Below are positions 30,700 through 40,465 of a stretch of DNA of 64,000 bases, piece after piece. How positions within the stretch are numbered: position 1 is the stretch's first letter; each line of letters starts with the position of its first letter. The position numbers were made by a program, and so were the translations under genes. This DNA comes from Vulcanimicrobiota bacterium (GTDB lineage Bacteria > Vulcanimicrobiota > Vulcanimicrobiia > Vulcanimicrobiales > Vulcanimicrobiaceae): assembly GCA_963833095.1 (NCBI GenBank), contig CAWHWQ010000001.1, positions 320,001-384,000 of the forward strand. Direction: 5' to 3'. Under the pieces are notes generated by a model, which did not search any database, was not told where the DNA came from, and saw only the letters and a list, made by a program, of their open reading frames with translations.

Positions 30700-33097
30700 T
30701 TACGGGCTAAACCGGATGCCCATGCTGAAGGTGCGCGGGGGAGCGTAATGGTTCCCCTGCGCATTGAGCAGCGTGACGTAGTAGCGGTCGTTGAGCAGGT
30801 TTTGAATGTTGAAGGTGAGCGCGGTCTTCGGCGCGATCGCGATGCCTTTCTCGACCGAGAAGATCGTGTGTGGCGTTTCTTTGCAGTAGCCCGGCGTCGT
30901 GTCCGGGCATACGGCCGACGAGAGGCCGCTGCCGTATTCGCCATCCAGCGATAACCAACCATTGTGCTTGTCGCGCAACAGCACGCCGCTCGCGACGCTG
31001 TAAGCGCTGCTCGTGATCGGCAGGCGTAAAGCCCGTCGGCTGGCCGAAACACGGCGCGAGCAATTGCGTTTCGCAACCGCTGTTCAGCGAGATCACGTGC
31101 GCGACCGAAGCGTAAAAACGACCGCCCCGCGCGAGCGGCTGCGTGTAGTTCAGCGCCTCTTGCGAGAGCCGGCCCAGCGTATAATTGATGTCCTGATGCA
31201 GCAGCGTCACGCCGACTTGGGTGTCGTCGATCAAATCATTCGCGTTCTTCTGCCAGACGCGAAAGCCGAGGTCGCCGGAGCCGAGCGGAATGTGGCCGCC
31301 CAGTTCGAGTTGCGTATCGCGCTCGGGCTTGAGATCGAATTGTGCGGCAGTTGGCTGCAAAGGCAGATTGAGCAGTTGCGCCGCATCCGGACTGACGTTT
31401 TCGAGCGAGAACGGTTCGAAGAACCGCCCGACGTACGCGTAAACGTTGGCCCGCGGTCCCCAGAACCGCGTCAGCTTCAGGCGCGGGCTGAAGGCGCCGA
31501 ATCCCTCGCCAAAATCAGTCGACTTGATCGAGAAGAAATCGTAGCGCAAACCATAGTCGGCTTCCCACAGGCTGCTCATCCGCCAGCTGTCCTGAATGTA
31601 GGACTGATAGGTATTGCCGAGGTTCGGCGCATTGTCGACGACCGTCGTGGGCACGTCGGGCGTGCCCGGCGTAAGAATCGGAGCCAGAAAGTTATTGGGC
31701 TGGAGCGTGATCGCGTAATACTTCAAGATGCGCGCCAGATCATACGAACCGCCGGCCGCGATGGTGTGCTTCCCGAATTGCTGGGTGTAGTCGGCCTGCA
31801 TGATGTAGTCGATCGCAGTGCGCTGGTCGGCCAGCGAGTAGGCGCAGGTCGTCGGGAGATACGAATCAGGGTTACTCATGGCGTCCGCGCAATCGGAAGA
31901 CGTGCCCCCGTTGCCGAACGGCGGCGGCGTCACGTTGAGCGACTCGCCGTAGATGAAATCGTTGTTCGGATCGCCGTAGTCCGCGATCTTGGACGATTTG
32001 AACGCCGGGCCATAAGTGATTGCGCCGGTGTCGCCGATCGCGTGATGAAATTGTACTGCGAGAAACGTGTCTTCTTGCGTCTCATTGTCGTCGGTGTCGG
32101 CCGGTTCGCCAAACTGTATATCGTTGGGAATCTGGAACGTGCTAAGACCGTGAATGAACGTGATGTTAGTAAAGCTGTTCTTGCCGCCGGGCAGCGTGAA
32201 GCGCGCGAACTGGTTGACATCGCTCGCATCATTATGCGGTGAATCGAAATCGGGCGGGTCGAGGCCGCGAGTCGTTCCCTCGCCGCTGAGCGCAATATCG
32301 TAACCGCCGCCGCCGGCGATAGGCGCGTGATAGCCGATCGTTGAGATCGCCGTGCCGTAGGAGCCGTAAGAGAAATTGCCGTCGAAGCCGGCCGGTCCCG
32401 TACCGGCGCGCGTCGCCATATTGAAGACCGACCCAAAACGCAGCCCGTATTGCGCCGGGTATGCTCCCTCGACGAGATCGATGTACGAAAGGTCGTTAAG
32501 ATTGATCTCCCCGCCGATGTCACGGTTGAGCTCCTGTGGAAGCGGCACGCCATCGAGCATGTAATTGATTACGCCGTGGTCGCCGTTCATATGCACCACA
32601 CCGTTTGCCCCGCGAACGGCGCCGGGCATCTGAATCTCCATCTCGGAGAAGCTGTTGTTGTAGGGCATCTCGGTGATCTGCGTGCGATTCAACGCCACGT
32701 CGCTGCCGCTACCGCGCAGCACGCCCGCCGCACCCGCGTTCACCGCAACCGCGCCGATTTCTTTGAGCGGCACAAGGGCGAGCGTAATGGTCGCGCCGCC
32801 GCTGCTCAGATCGACGCGCACGTTGCCTTGGTGGTCGCCGGATTTCGCTTCAACCGTATACGTGCCCAGCGCAAGCGGCGGGAATGCAAAGTGCCCTTGC
32901 GCGTCGGTTGTGGTCTTGACCGTCAGGTTGTTGCCGGTCGCGGTCACTTCAAGACGCGCGACCGGATGCCCGTCCTGCGTTACCGTGCCCGAAAGAAACG
33001 CATTCGCGTTGGCCGCGCGCGACGGCGCGGTCCACCATCCCATGAAGGCAACAAGAATGAGAGCAGCGCGCAAATAGCGCCGCGGCGAAGGTGGCAT
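30700..33097 (-). CDS. TonB-dependent receptor (paralog of 27655-30079); indel near 31000
   Basis: Signal peptide, plug LDGVP...GAYPAQYG, YIQDSW, GLRYD; C-terminus NLLNDRYY...PRTFSMGIRF in the shifted frame. Confidence 0.9.
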
Positions 33098-33136
33098 CGA
33101 GAGTCCTTTACGGGGGGTTGGGGGTTGAGTTCTAAC

Positions 33137-33167
33137 TGAGAATAGCTTATCATTATCAACTAGTCAA
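33137..33167 (-). promoter_or_regulatory. Sigma70 promoter of the receptor overlapped by a Fur-box-like operator
   Basis: Minus strand TTGACT-N17-TATTCT; TGATAATGATAAGCTATTCTCA (33158-33137) resembles the GATAAT-hexamer Fur box. Confidence 0.75.
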
Positions 33168-33188
33168 GCACATGGCAAAGGGGAAGCA

Positions 33189-33569
33189 GTGAATCGGACC
33201 ACCCGGAAGACGAGGCAGCGCGACGCGGTTCAGGCGGCGCTCGAGGGGGCCGAGCGTCCGCTGAGCGTCGGCGAGCTCCTGGAGGTTGCCTCCAAACAAG
33301 TCGATGGGCTCGGTGTCGCGACCGTCTATCGCACGGTCAGCGCTTTAGCCGAAGACGGCTGGATCGAGGCGGTCGAGATCCCCGGGGAACCCGTTCGGTA
33401 CGAGCGCTCGAACAAGGAGCACCATCATCATTTTCAATGCGAGACATGCGACCGCGTCTTCGATATCGCGGGCTGCGTCGAGAGCATTCGAAAACTCGTG
33501 CCCCCGAAATTCCACGTCCGTGGCCATGCCGTAACGTTCTTTGGAACCTGCGCCGGCTGCACGAGCTAG
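33189..33569 (+). CDS. Fur-family transcriptional regulator (Fur/Zur-like)
   Basis: TRQR, ATVYRT, HHHHFQCETC, GTCAGC. Confidence 0.92.
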   Translation: MNRTTRKTRQRDAVQAALEGAERPLSVGELLEVASKQVDGLGVATVYRTVSALAEDGWIEAVEIPGEPVRYERSNKEHHHHFQCETCDRVFDIAGCVESIRKLVPPKFHVRGHAVTFFGTCAGCTS

Positions 33570-33634
33570 GCCCGCTCGGAGCGCTCTGTTGAAGGACTAA
33601 GCGTTTTAGCCTGAGGAATAGGCCGCTTCGCGCT

Positions 33635-34654
33635 ATGCACAACGTCAAGGAACGCCCCGTTGTCGTAACCGGGGCTGCCGGTCTGATCGGCAGCGCGCTG
33701 ATTTGGGCCCTCAACCGCCGCGGTGTCGATGACATTATCGCCGTCGACCGGCTGGACGAGTCCGAGAAGTGGCGGCACCTCGTTCCGCTACGTTTCACCG
33801 ATTACGTCGACGCCGACGACTTTGCGTCGCTGGTCGACGATCGGCCCGGCGCGTTTGGATCGGTGGGTACCGTCTTTCACCTTGGAGCCTGTTCGTCGAC
33901 CACCGAGCGCGACGCCGACTACCTCATGCGCAACAACTACGAGTACACGAAAGTGCTCGCGCAGTGGGCGGTCGAGCGCGACATGCGCTTCGTGTATGCC
34001 TCCTCGGCGGCCACCTACGGCGGACTCGAAGATCTGCTCTCCGACGAGATCGATTTGCGCGAACTGCGGCCGTTGAACATGTACGCCTATTCGAAGCAGC
34101 TGTTCGACCTCTACGCACAGCACAGCGGCATAAGCGACCGGATCGTTGGTCTAAAGTACTTCAATGTCTTCGGCCCTAACGAAGATCATAAGGGCGATAT
34201 GCGCAGCATCGTGTTCAAGGCGTTCGAGCAAATTCGCGCTGACGGGCAAGTCAAGCTCTTCAAAAGTTACCGTCCCGAGTTTCGCGACGGCGAGCAGCAA
34301 CGCGATTTCATCTACGTCAAAGATGCCGTCGAAATGACGTTGGCCGTCGCGCAGAGCGACGCAAGCGGCCTGGTCAACGTGGGTTCGGGGCGGGCGCAGA
34401 CCTGGCTTGACCTCGTGCGACCGATCTTCGCGGCGCTCGAAGTCCCGGAGCGGATCGAATTCATCGAGATGCCGGAACTTTTGCGCCCGAAATATCAGTA
34501 TTCTACCCAGGCGCGAATCGAGCGCTTGCGCGGGTGCGGCTTCGCCGCACCCATCACCACGCTCGCCGACGCCGTGCGCGACTACGTCACCAACTATCTC
34601 AAGCCGGGCCGCGTTCTCGACCCGGCAGTGCACGACGCCCTCTCCGTCCGATAA
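33635..34654 (+). CDS. hldD: ADP-L-glycero-D-manno-heptose 6-epimerase
   Basis: TGAAGLIGS, HLGACSSTTE, YASSAATYG, PLNMYAYSK, HKGDM. Confidence 0.93.
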   Translation: MHNVKERPVVVTGAAGLIGSALIWALNRRGVDDIIAVDRLDESEKWRHLVPLRFTDYVDADDFASLVDDRPGAFGSVGTVFHLGACSSTTERDADYLMRNNYEYTKVLAQWAVERDMRFVYASSAATYGGLEDLLSDEIDLRELRPLNMYAYSKQLFDLYAQHSGISDRIVGLKYFNVFGPNEDHKGDMRSIVFKAFEQIRADGQVKLFKSYRPEFRDGEQQRDFIYVKDAVEMTLAVAQSDASGLVNVGSGRAQTWLDLVRPIFAALEVPERIEFIEMPELLRPKYQYSTQARIERLRGCGFAAPITTLADAVRDYVTNYLKPGRVLDPAVHDALSVR

Positions 34655-34663
34655 CGAGGCCCG

Positions 34664-35407
34664 ATGTCAAACTCCCGTTCACAACGCCGTCGTCAAACAC
34701 GTGGCGGCTCCGCACCACCGCCCAAACGCGACCCGATGACAATCGTGTACATCAGCGCGGCCGTGCTCGTCGTTGTCGTCGTCGCAATTTTCGCGATCAT
34801 GAACTGGATGCAAAAACAGCAAGTCGCGCAGGCCTACGCGACGCCGACGCCCGCGCCGTCGGCCACCGCCACGTCGAAACCGATTCAACTCGCTGACGGT
34901 GAAACGATCGGGAAGCCCACGTTCAAGCTCTATAGGGGCGCTCTGCCGGACACACCGCAAGGCGGTCAGGGCCAACCAGTCGACGGCATGACATGCGGCG
35001 GCATGGAATACAACACACTCCACACGCACACGCATTTGGCGATCTTTTATCATGGGAAGCAGGTTGCGGTTCCTAGGCTCGTCGGCGCGGCGCCGCTTCC
35101 GCCTCAAGGTTGCCTCTACTGGACACACACGCATTCGATGGACGGCATTATCCACGTCGAGTCGCCCGTGCTCGCGCCCGAAGGCAGTCCGGGATTCCAG
35201 CTCGGCATGTTCTTCGACGTGTGGGGACAGCCGCTGACGCGCGACAACGTTGCGGGACTCAAAGGGCCAGTGATTGCCTACGTCAACGGCACGCTCTACG
35301 ACGGTGATTTGCGCGCGATTCCGCTGCGTTCGCACCAGCAGATCGTGCTCGAAATCGGAACGCCCACCGTGCCGCCGCCGAACTACGCATTCCCGCCGAA
35401 TGACTAG
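34664..35407 (+). CDS. Membrane-anchored His-rich hypothetical protein
   Basis: N-terminal TM; C...HTHTHLAI...CLYWTHTH..DGIIHVES. Confidence 0.75.
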   Translation: MSNSRSQRRRQTRGGSAPPPKRDPMTIVYISAAVLVVVVVAIFAIMNWMQKQQVAQAYATPTPAPSATATSKPIQLADGETIGKPTFKLYRGALPDTPQGGQGQPVDGMTCGGMEYNTLHTHTHLAIFYHGKQVAVPRLVGAAPLPPQGCLYWTHTHSMDGIIHVESPVLAPEGSPGFQLGMFFDVWGQPLTRDNVAGLKGPVIAYVNGTLYDGDLRAIPLRSHQQIVLEIGTPTVPPPNYAFPPND

Positions 35408-35600
35408 CAGGGTTCAGCTTCGCTGAACCTGTGGCGTTCGGCCTTCGGCCGATCCGCTCACTTTAGCGCGGCATTTAGTGCAGTCGCCAATTCTTTATAA
35501 TGACTAGCAGGGTTCAGCTTCGCTGAACCTGTGGCGTTCGGCCTTTGGCCGATCCGCTCACTTTAGCGCGGCATTTAGTGCAGTCGCCAATTCTTTATAA
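35401..35600. repeat. 100-bp tandem duplication (one mismatch); each unit carries a family-A REP-like element
   Basis: 35401-35500 equals 35501-35600 except C35446/T35546. Confidence 0.95.
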
Positions 35601-36127
35601 GGGATCTCGCCGTCGTTGATATAGGTGATCGTTTTGTTGCGATCGATGACGGCGACGGTCGGATAACCGCCCTTGAGATAGAGTTTGGCGACGGTCAAGT
35701 TCGGATCGTATTGAGCGATCGGGTACTTCACGTTGAACCGGATCTGAAAATTCAACACGTCCAATTGCGACTCGGGCGACGCGCCGTCCATGCCGGTATC
35801 GCTCCCGGGAATCGCGAGAAACGCCACGCGCGATCCATAGGCGGCATAGAGCTGATTCAGCACCACCGTCTCGCGCTGGCAGTGCGGGCACCACGTCGCA
35901 AAGATCTCCAAGAACACCGGTTTGGTCACCGTCGCAAGATCGAATGCGCCGGCCGTTGTGGGCAGCGTAAACTCCGGGGCCTTCTGACCCATCGCTGCCG
36001 TGGCATTGACCGGAGCGGTCGACGCGTTGTTCAACTGCGCGCCATGCAATCGAGCGTAGAAAATGCCGCCGGCAATGAGCACGGCGAGAACGAGCAACGA
36101 GAGAAGAGCGAGCACGCGTTGATTCAT
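35558..36127 (-). CDS. TlpA/ResA-like membrane-anchored thioredoxin
   Basis: APEFTL, FATWCPHC, GYPT; ATGA overlap with the upstream gene. Confidence 0.88.
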   Translation of the reverse strand: MNQRVLALLSLLVLAVLIAGGIFYARLHGAQLNNASTAPVNATAAMGQKAPEFTLPTTAGAFDLATVTKPVFLEIFATWCPHCQRETVVLNQLYAAYGSRVAFLAIPGSDTGMDGASPESQLDVLNFQIRFNVKYPIAQYDPNLTVAKLYLKGGYPTVAVIDRNKTITYINDGEIPYKELATALNAALK

Positions 36128-36555
36128 CGAGAACGTAATCTCCGGTCCAGGGCAAACGCGCCGGGAGCACCGGCAGCGACAAAGAGGGCGATGGCGGCAA
36201 GGGCGAGGTCGAAGGCCACATGCGGCCAATCTGCGACCGCGGCGTCACCAGGGCCAAAGCAGCCGCAGTTCGCGGGAATACCGCGCAGTACTGCCGATGC
36301 GATCGCCGCTGCATAGATCAGGAACTGCACGGCGGCAACTGCGGCCGCTATGCGGGTGAAGAGCCCAGCGAGCAGATAGAGGCCGAGCAGCACTTCGAAA
36401 TACGGCAAAATGACGGCGAGCGGGGCGACCAGACCGGACGGCAACAGCCTGAATCCAGCAATTGCCCCAGCCAAGGCTTCCGGGTGACCGATCTTGAGGG
36501 CGCCGGTCCAAATCAAGAGGGCGCCGAGCAGCACGCGCGCGAGCGCAACCGCCAT
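36124..36555 (-). CDS. MauE/DoxX-family membrane protein
   Basis: RVLLG...GALKI...LPYFEVLLG...NCGCFG. Confidence 0.85.
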   Translation of the reverse strand: MAVALARVLLGALLIWTGALKIGHPEALAGAIAGFRLLPSGLVAPLAVILPYFEVLLGLYLLAGLFTRIAAAVAAVQFLIYAAAIASAVLRGIPANCGCFGPGDAAVADWPHVAFDLALAAIALFVAAGAPGAFALDRRLRSR

Positions 36556-36590
36556 AATCCATACCTTTCGTGCAGAGGGCGGGAGCTAAA

Positions 36591-36604
36591 TTAGGCTAAC
36601 CTAA
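36591..36604. promoter_or_regulatory. DtxR/MntR-family operator-like palindrome
   Basis: TTAGG-CTAA-CCTAA, 7 nt upstream of the Nramp-family ATG. Confidence 0.65.
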
Positions 36605-36611
36605 CAACGGC

Positions 36612-37889
36612 ATGGCCACCCTCGAACGTTCGGTATCGACCGCTGCCCCCCGCCGCGGGGTCTGGCAGTTGATTCTGCGCTTCCTCGCGGTTACCGGTCC
36701 GGGGCTGATCGTCGCGTTTGCTGACACCGAAGCCGGCAGCGTCACGACGGCAGCGACCTCAGGTGCGCAGTTCGGCTATAAGTTGATTCTGCTTCAACTC
36801 TTGCTGATCGTGCCGCTCTTCGTCGTACAAGAGATGACGGTGCGTTTAGGCACGGTCACCGGCAAAGGCCACGCGCGGTTGATTCGCGAGCATTACGGAC
36901 TAGGCTGGGCATGGGTTTCGTTGGGGACGATGCTCGTCACGAACGTCGCTGCGCTCGTGACCGAGTTCGCGGGCATTGCGGGCGCAGCGTTGATCTTCGG
37001 CTTGCCGGCAGCCCCGCTCGTCATCGTAGCCGCGCTGCTGCTCATTGTCGTGATCTTCACCGCATCGTATAAGCGAGCCGAGGTCTTCGCCTTTGGACTC
37101 TGTCTCGTCGAACTGCTCTTCATTCCCGCAGCATTTGCCGCGCATCCGCCCCTGCACGCGATTGTGATGCAGGGCATCTTTGGCCATCAGCCCCTTACCG
37201 ATTATAGCTACTTGCTCCTGATCGCCTCGAACATCGGCGCCGTGATCATGCCGTGGATGATTTTCTATCAGCAGAGTGCCGTCGTCGACAAGGGCCTCGG
37301 CATCAAAGATATGAACTTCGCGCGCTTCGATACGGGGCTTGGCGCGGTGCTCACGCAGGGCATCATGATCGCGATCATCGTCACGACTGCCGCTACCCTT
37401 TTCGTGCATCATATCCCGGTCAGTGACGCCGCGCACGCGGCGCTTGCCTTCCAACCGCTGGTCGGGCGGTTCGCCGGCGTCACGTTTGGCGTCGGCTTGA
37501 TCGGCGCGTCGATGCTCGGCGCGTTCGTCGTCTCACTCGCAACGGCGTGGGCGTTCGGTGAGGCCTTCGGCTGGCGCTGCTCGCTTAACGACGGTTTGCG
37601 CGCGAAGCGTTTCTCGGCACTGTACGTAGCCTGCGTAGCCGTCGCCGCAGCGATCGTGTTGATCCCGAATCTGCCGCTCATTTCGATCACGGTCTACGTC
37701 GAAGCGTTCAACGGTTTCGTCCTCCCGATCGTGCTCGGATTCTTGCTTGTGCTCGTCAACGACAAGCGCGTCATCGGCGATCGGCGCAATAGTCTGCTCG
37801 GCAATGCGATTACCTTTTCGCTCTCCGCGGTTATCATCGTTCTCGGCGTATGGATGACGATTACCACTATTCTCCACCCCGGAAGTTAA
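36612..37889 (+). CDS. Nramp-family divalent metal transporter (non-canonical motifs)
   Basis: GPGLIVAFADTEAG, GAQFGYKL, QEMTVRLGTVTGKG, GAVIMPW. Confidence 0.88.
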   Translation: MATLERSVSTAAPRRGVWQLILRFLAVTGPGLIVAFADTEAGSVTTAATSGAQFGYKLILLQLLLIVPLFVVQEMTVRLGTVTGKGHARLIREHYGLGWAWVSLGTMLVTNVAALVTEFAGIAGAALIFGLPAAPLVIVAALLLIVVIFTASYKRAEVFAFGLCLVELLFIPAAFAAHPPLHAIVMQGIFGHQPLTDYSYLLLIASNIGAVIMPWMIFYQQSAVVDKGLGIKDMNFARFDTGLGAVLTQGIMIAIIVTTAATLFVHHIPVSDAAHAALAFQPLVGRFAGVTFGVGLIGASMLGAFVVSLATAWAFGEAFGWRCSLNDGLRAKRFSALYVACVAVAAAIVLIPNLPLISITVYVEAFNGFVLPIVLGFLLVLVNDKRVIGDRRNSLLGNAITFSLSAVIIVLGVWMTITTILHPGS

Positions 37890-37892
37890 CCG

Positions 37893-38468
37893 ATGCACAC
37901 CCGTCTCGCGCTGCTATTCGCGGGCGCGCTGCTTACCGGCTGCGCGCTAGCCGCCGCGCAGCACTTTACCGGCATAGCCGTACCACCCGCCGCGGCGCCA
38001 AACTTCACCCTCACGAGCGATAGCGGCACGCCGTGGACGCTTGCCGCGCAGCGCGGCAAGGTTGTCGCCCTCTTCTTCGGCTTCACCCACTGCAGCGACA
38101 CGTGCCCCGAGACCTTGGCCAAGCTCACGGCCGTGCTGCGAGCTCAGCCGCGCTCGCGCACGGAGATCGCCTTCGTTACGATCGACCCACAGCGAGACAC
38201 GCCGGCGGTGATGCACGCCTACATTCGCCGATTTAGCGGAGCAACGATCGTCGGCCTCACCGGCACGCCCGCGCAGATCGCGGGTGTCGAACGCGCCTAC
38301 AACGTGTGGTCCAAGCCCGTGCCCGATCCGCACGGCGGCACCAACTACGATGAAGCCCACAGTGCCTTTACCTTTCTCATCGATCGTTCCGGCAACGAAC
38401 GCGTGGTTCACAACGACGACGATGCGCAGCGTGACTATGCTGCCGACGTGCGGACCTTACTGCAATGA
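37893..38468 (+). CDS. SCO1/SenC-family copper chaperone
   Basis: FGFTHCSDTCP (CxxxC), TIDPQRD, conserved His in AHSAFTFLID. Confidence 0.92.
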   Translation: MHTRLALLFAGALLTGCALAAAQHFTGIAVPPAAAPNFTLTSDSGTPWTLAAQRGKVVALFFGFTHCSDTCPETLAKLTAVLRAQPRSRTEIAFVTIDPQRDTPAVMHAYIRRFSGATIVGLTGTPAQIAGVERAYNVWSKPVPDPHGGTNYDEAHSAFTFLIDRSGNERVVHNDDDAQRDYAADVRTLLQ

Positions 38469-39412
38469 TGCTCGCGTTGCTCCTCGCAGGCTTGCTGCCA
38501 TTTCACGGGGTCGTCGTGTCACCGGTTGGTAGCGACACGGTCGTCGTGCGCAGTGCAGCGATGCCGCGCACCTTGCCGGCTCAAACGCGTCTTTACCGGC
38601 TCGCGCCGAATCTGGCGTTGCGCGCGGGAACGGGAGTCGATGCTTTCCTCGATCGCTCGACGCAGCCGTGGACGCTGCGCGATCCGGTCCCGGCCGCCGC
38701 CTTCGTCGCCGGCCTCCCCAATCCGGGCCGCATCATTCCCGTCGACGCGGGCAAGCCGCTTCCGCGGGCGACGCTGATCGATCAAAACGAGCGTTTGGTG
38801 CAGTTGCACGACGCGTTTCGCGGCAAGACGATGCTGCTCTCGTTCATCTTCACTCGTTGTCCCGATACCGACGTCTGCATCGCGATCAGTACGAAATACG
38901 CGCAACTGCAGCGCGACTTAGACCCCACGCACTTTGCGCTGGTGGAGATTACGCTCGATCCGCCCTACGACACACCCGCCGTGCTGCGCGCCTACGGCAA
39001 ACAGTTCGGGCAGAATCCGGCGAGTTGGACGCTCTTGACCGGGACCGGCTCGACGATCGAGACGGTGCTCAACGAGTTCGGTATCTCGTCGCTGCAGACC
39101 GATAGCGACACCTACATCCACTCCGACAGGCTGTTCATCGTTACGCCACGGGGACGCGTCGCGTACGTTGTGGACACGGCCGGCTGGGATCCGCGCGGCG
39201 TCGTCGCGGAAGCGCGGGCCATCGAAGGCATGGCGAGCAATCCGTTCGAGCGCTTCAAACTCTCGTTGATAGCTAGCGTGGTCGCGTTGTGCGGCGGCAG
39301 TCAATTTGCCGGAATCGTGATGCTGGAAATCGTGCTCTTTCTCTTCATCGTGATCGCGGTGACGATCGCGTTATGGATCGTCGGGAGGGTGTTGTGGTCT
39401 CGGCCTGCGTAA
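38465..39412 (+). CDS. SCO-family protein with an N-terminal CusF-like segment and a C-terminal TM
   Basis: FIFTRCPDTDVC, ITLDPPYDTP, IHSDRLFIV. Confidence 0.82.
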   Translation: MMLALLLAGLLPFHGVVVSPVGSDTVVVRSAAMPRTLPAQTRLYRLAPNLALRAGTGVDAFLDRSTQPWTLRDPVPAAAFVAGLPNPGRIIPVDAGKPLPRATLIDQNERLVQLHDAFRGKTMLLSFIFTRCPDTDVCIAISTKYAQLQRDLDPTHFALVEITLDPPYDTPAVLRAYGKQFGQNPASWTLLTGTGSTIETVLNEFGISSLQTDSDTYIHSDRLFIVTPRGRVAYVVDTAGWDPRGVVAEARAIEGMASNPFERFKLSLIASVVALCGGSQFAGIVMLEIVLFLFIVIAVTIALWIVGRVLWSRPA

Positions 39413-39422
39413 AGGCCGATTT

Positions 39423-39989
39423 ATGGCCGCGCCGCGCAAGCCGTTCGATCCCCCGAGCCCCGAGCAGACGGCGTTCCTTGAGCGCGCGATCAACGAGTAT
39501 GGCCGCCCCACCTACAACTATGCCTTGCGCCTCACCCACAACGAAGCCGATGCTCGCGACCTGACCCAGGAGGCCTTCATCCGCGTCTACCGGGCCTGGC
39601 GCAGTTTCCAACCCGGCACCTCCTTCCTTTCGTGGGTCTACCGCATTGTCACGAATCTCTACCGGGATGAACTTCGGCGGCGGAAAGGACGTTATCAGGA
39701 AGAGATCCCCGAGGACAATGCCCCGCAGCGGTTCGGACAAACCAGGCCCTTGGCCGAAGAGCCGATCGAGGAACTGGTCGAGCGGCAGCTCAGTGAACGG
39801 ATGTCCAAGGCCCTCGCAGGTCTCTCGCTAGAGCAGCGACAGGTCCTGATCCTCGCCGACGTTGAGGAATATAGCTATCAAGAGATCGCCGACATTGTCG
39901 GCTGCTCAATCGGGACGGTTCGGTCGCGGCTACATCGCGCACGCTACCAACTTCGCCGCCTTATCGAGTCACAAACAAAATCATCATGA
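39423..39989 (+). CDS. ECF RNA polymerase sigma factor
   Basis: DARDLTQEAF, SWVYRIVTN, SYQEIA...GTVRSRLHRAR. Confidence 0.93.
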   Translation: MAAPRKPFDPPSPEQTAFLERAINEYGRPTYNYALRLTHNEADARDLTQEAFIRVYRAWRSFQPGTSFLSWVYRIVTNLYRDELRRRKGRYQEEIPEDNAPQRFGQTRPLAEEPIEELVERQLSERMSKALAGLSLEQRQVLILADVEEYSYQEIADIVGCSIGTVRSRLHRARYQLRRLIESQTKSS

Positions 39990-40465
39990 AATCGCATCCA
40001 AGCCAAGAACAACTCATCGACTACCTCCACCGCGAACTTGCACCCGACGAGGACGCGGCTCTTTTGCTGCATCTCGAAGGCTGCCCCTCGTGCAGCGAGC
40101 GCTACCAGGAGGAAGCTAGGCTCTCCGAGTCGCTCCGCAGTTTCGCGCGCGCGAGCGAACGTGAACTTCCGGCGGGCGTTCGAGCGAGTATCTGGAGTGC
40201 GGTTGAGTCCGCCGAGCGCGCACCGGCGTGGACCGACCGTCTGCGCAGTTTACTACGCCCGGTGATAGCGCTTCCCATAGCGGCCGCATTCGTCGTCGTG
40301 GCGCTCGCCGGATACGAATCCAGCCTCCATCGCGGCGGCCCAACGATCGACGCCGCCTATTACCTCGACGATCACGCAGCGCTCACCAGCGCCGTGCCGT
40401 TCAGCGAGGGGACCATTATTCCGACCGCGCTCTTCACAACCGAGAACGCGGATGGCACGCAGTAG
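39986..40465 (+). CDS. Zinc-finger (HxxxCxxC) transmembrane anti-sigma factor
   Basis: HLEGCPSC, one TM; ATGA-coupled to the sigma gene. Confidence 0.88.
   Translation: MKSHPSQEQLIDYLHRELAPDEDAALLLHLEGCPSCSERYQEEARLSESLRSFARASERELPAGVRASIWSAVESAERAPAWTDRLRSLLRPVIALPIAAAFVVVALAGYESSLHRGGPTIDAAYYLDDHAALTSAVPFSEGTIIPTALFTTENADGTQ

Noticed and set aside
35401..35600. CRISPR array
   Set aside because: Two near-identical 100-bp units with no unique spacers and no cas genes
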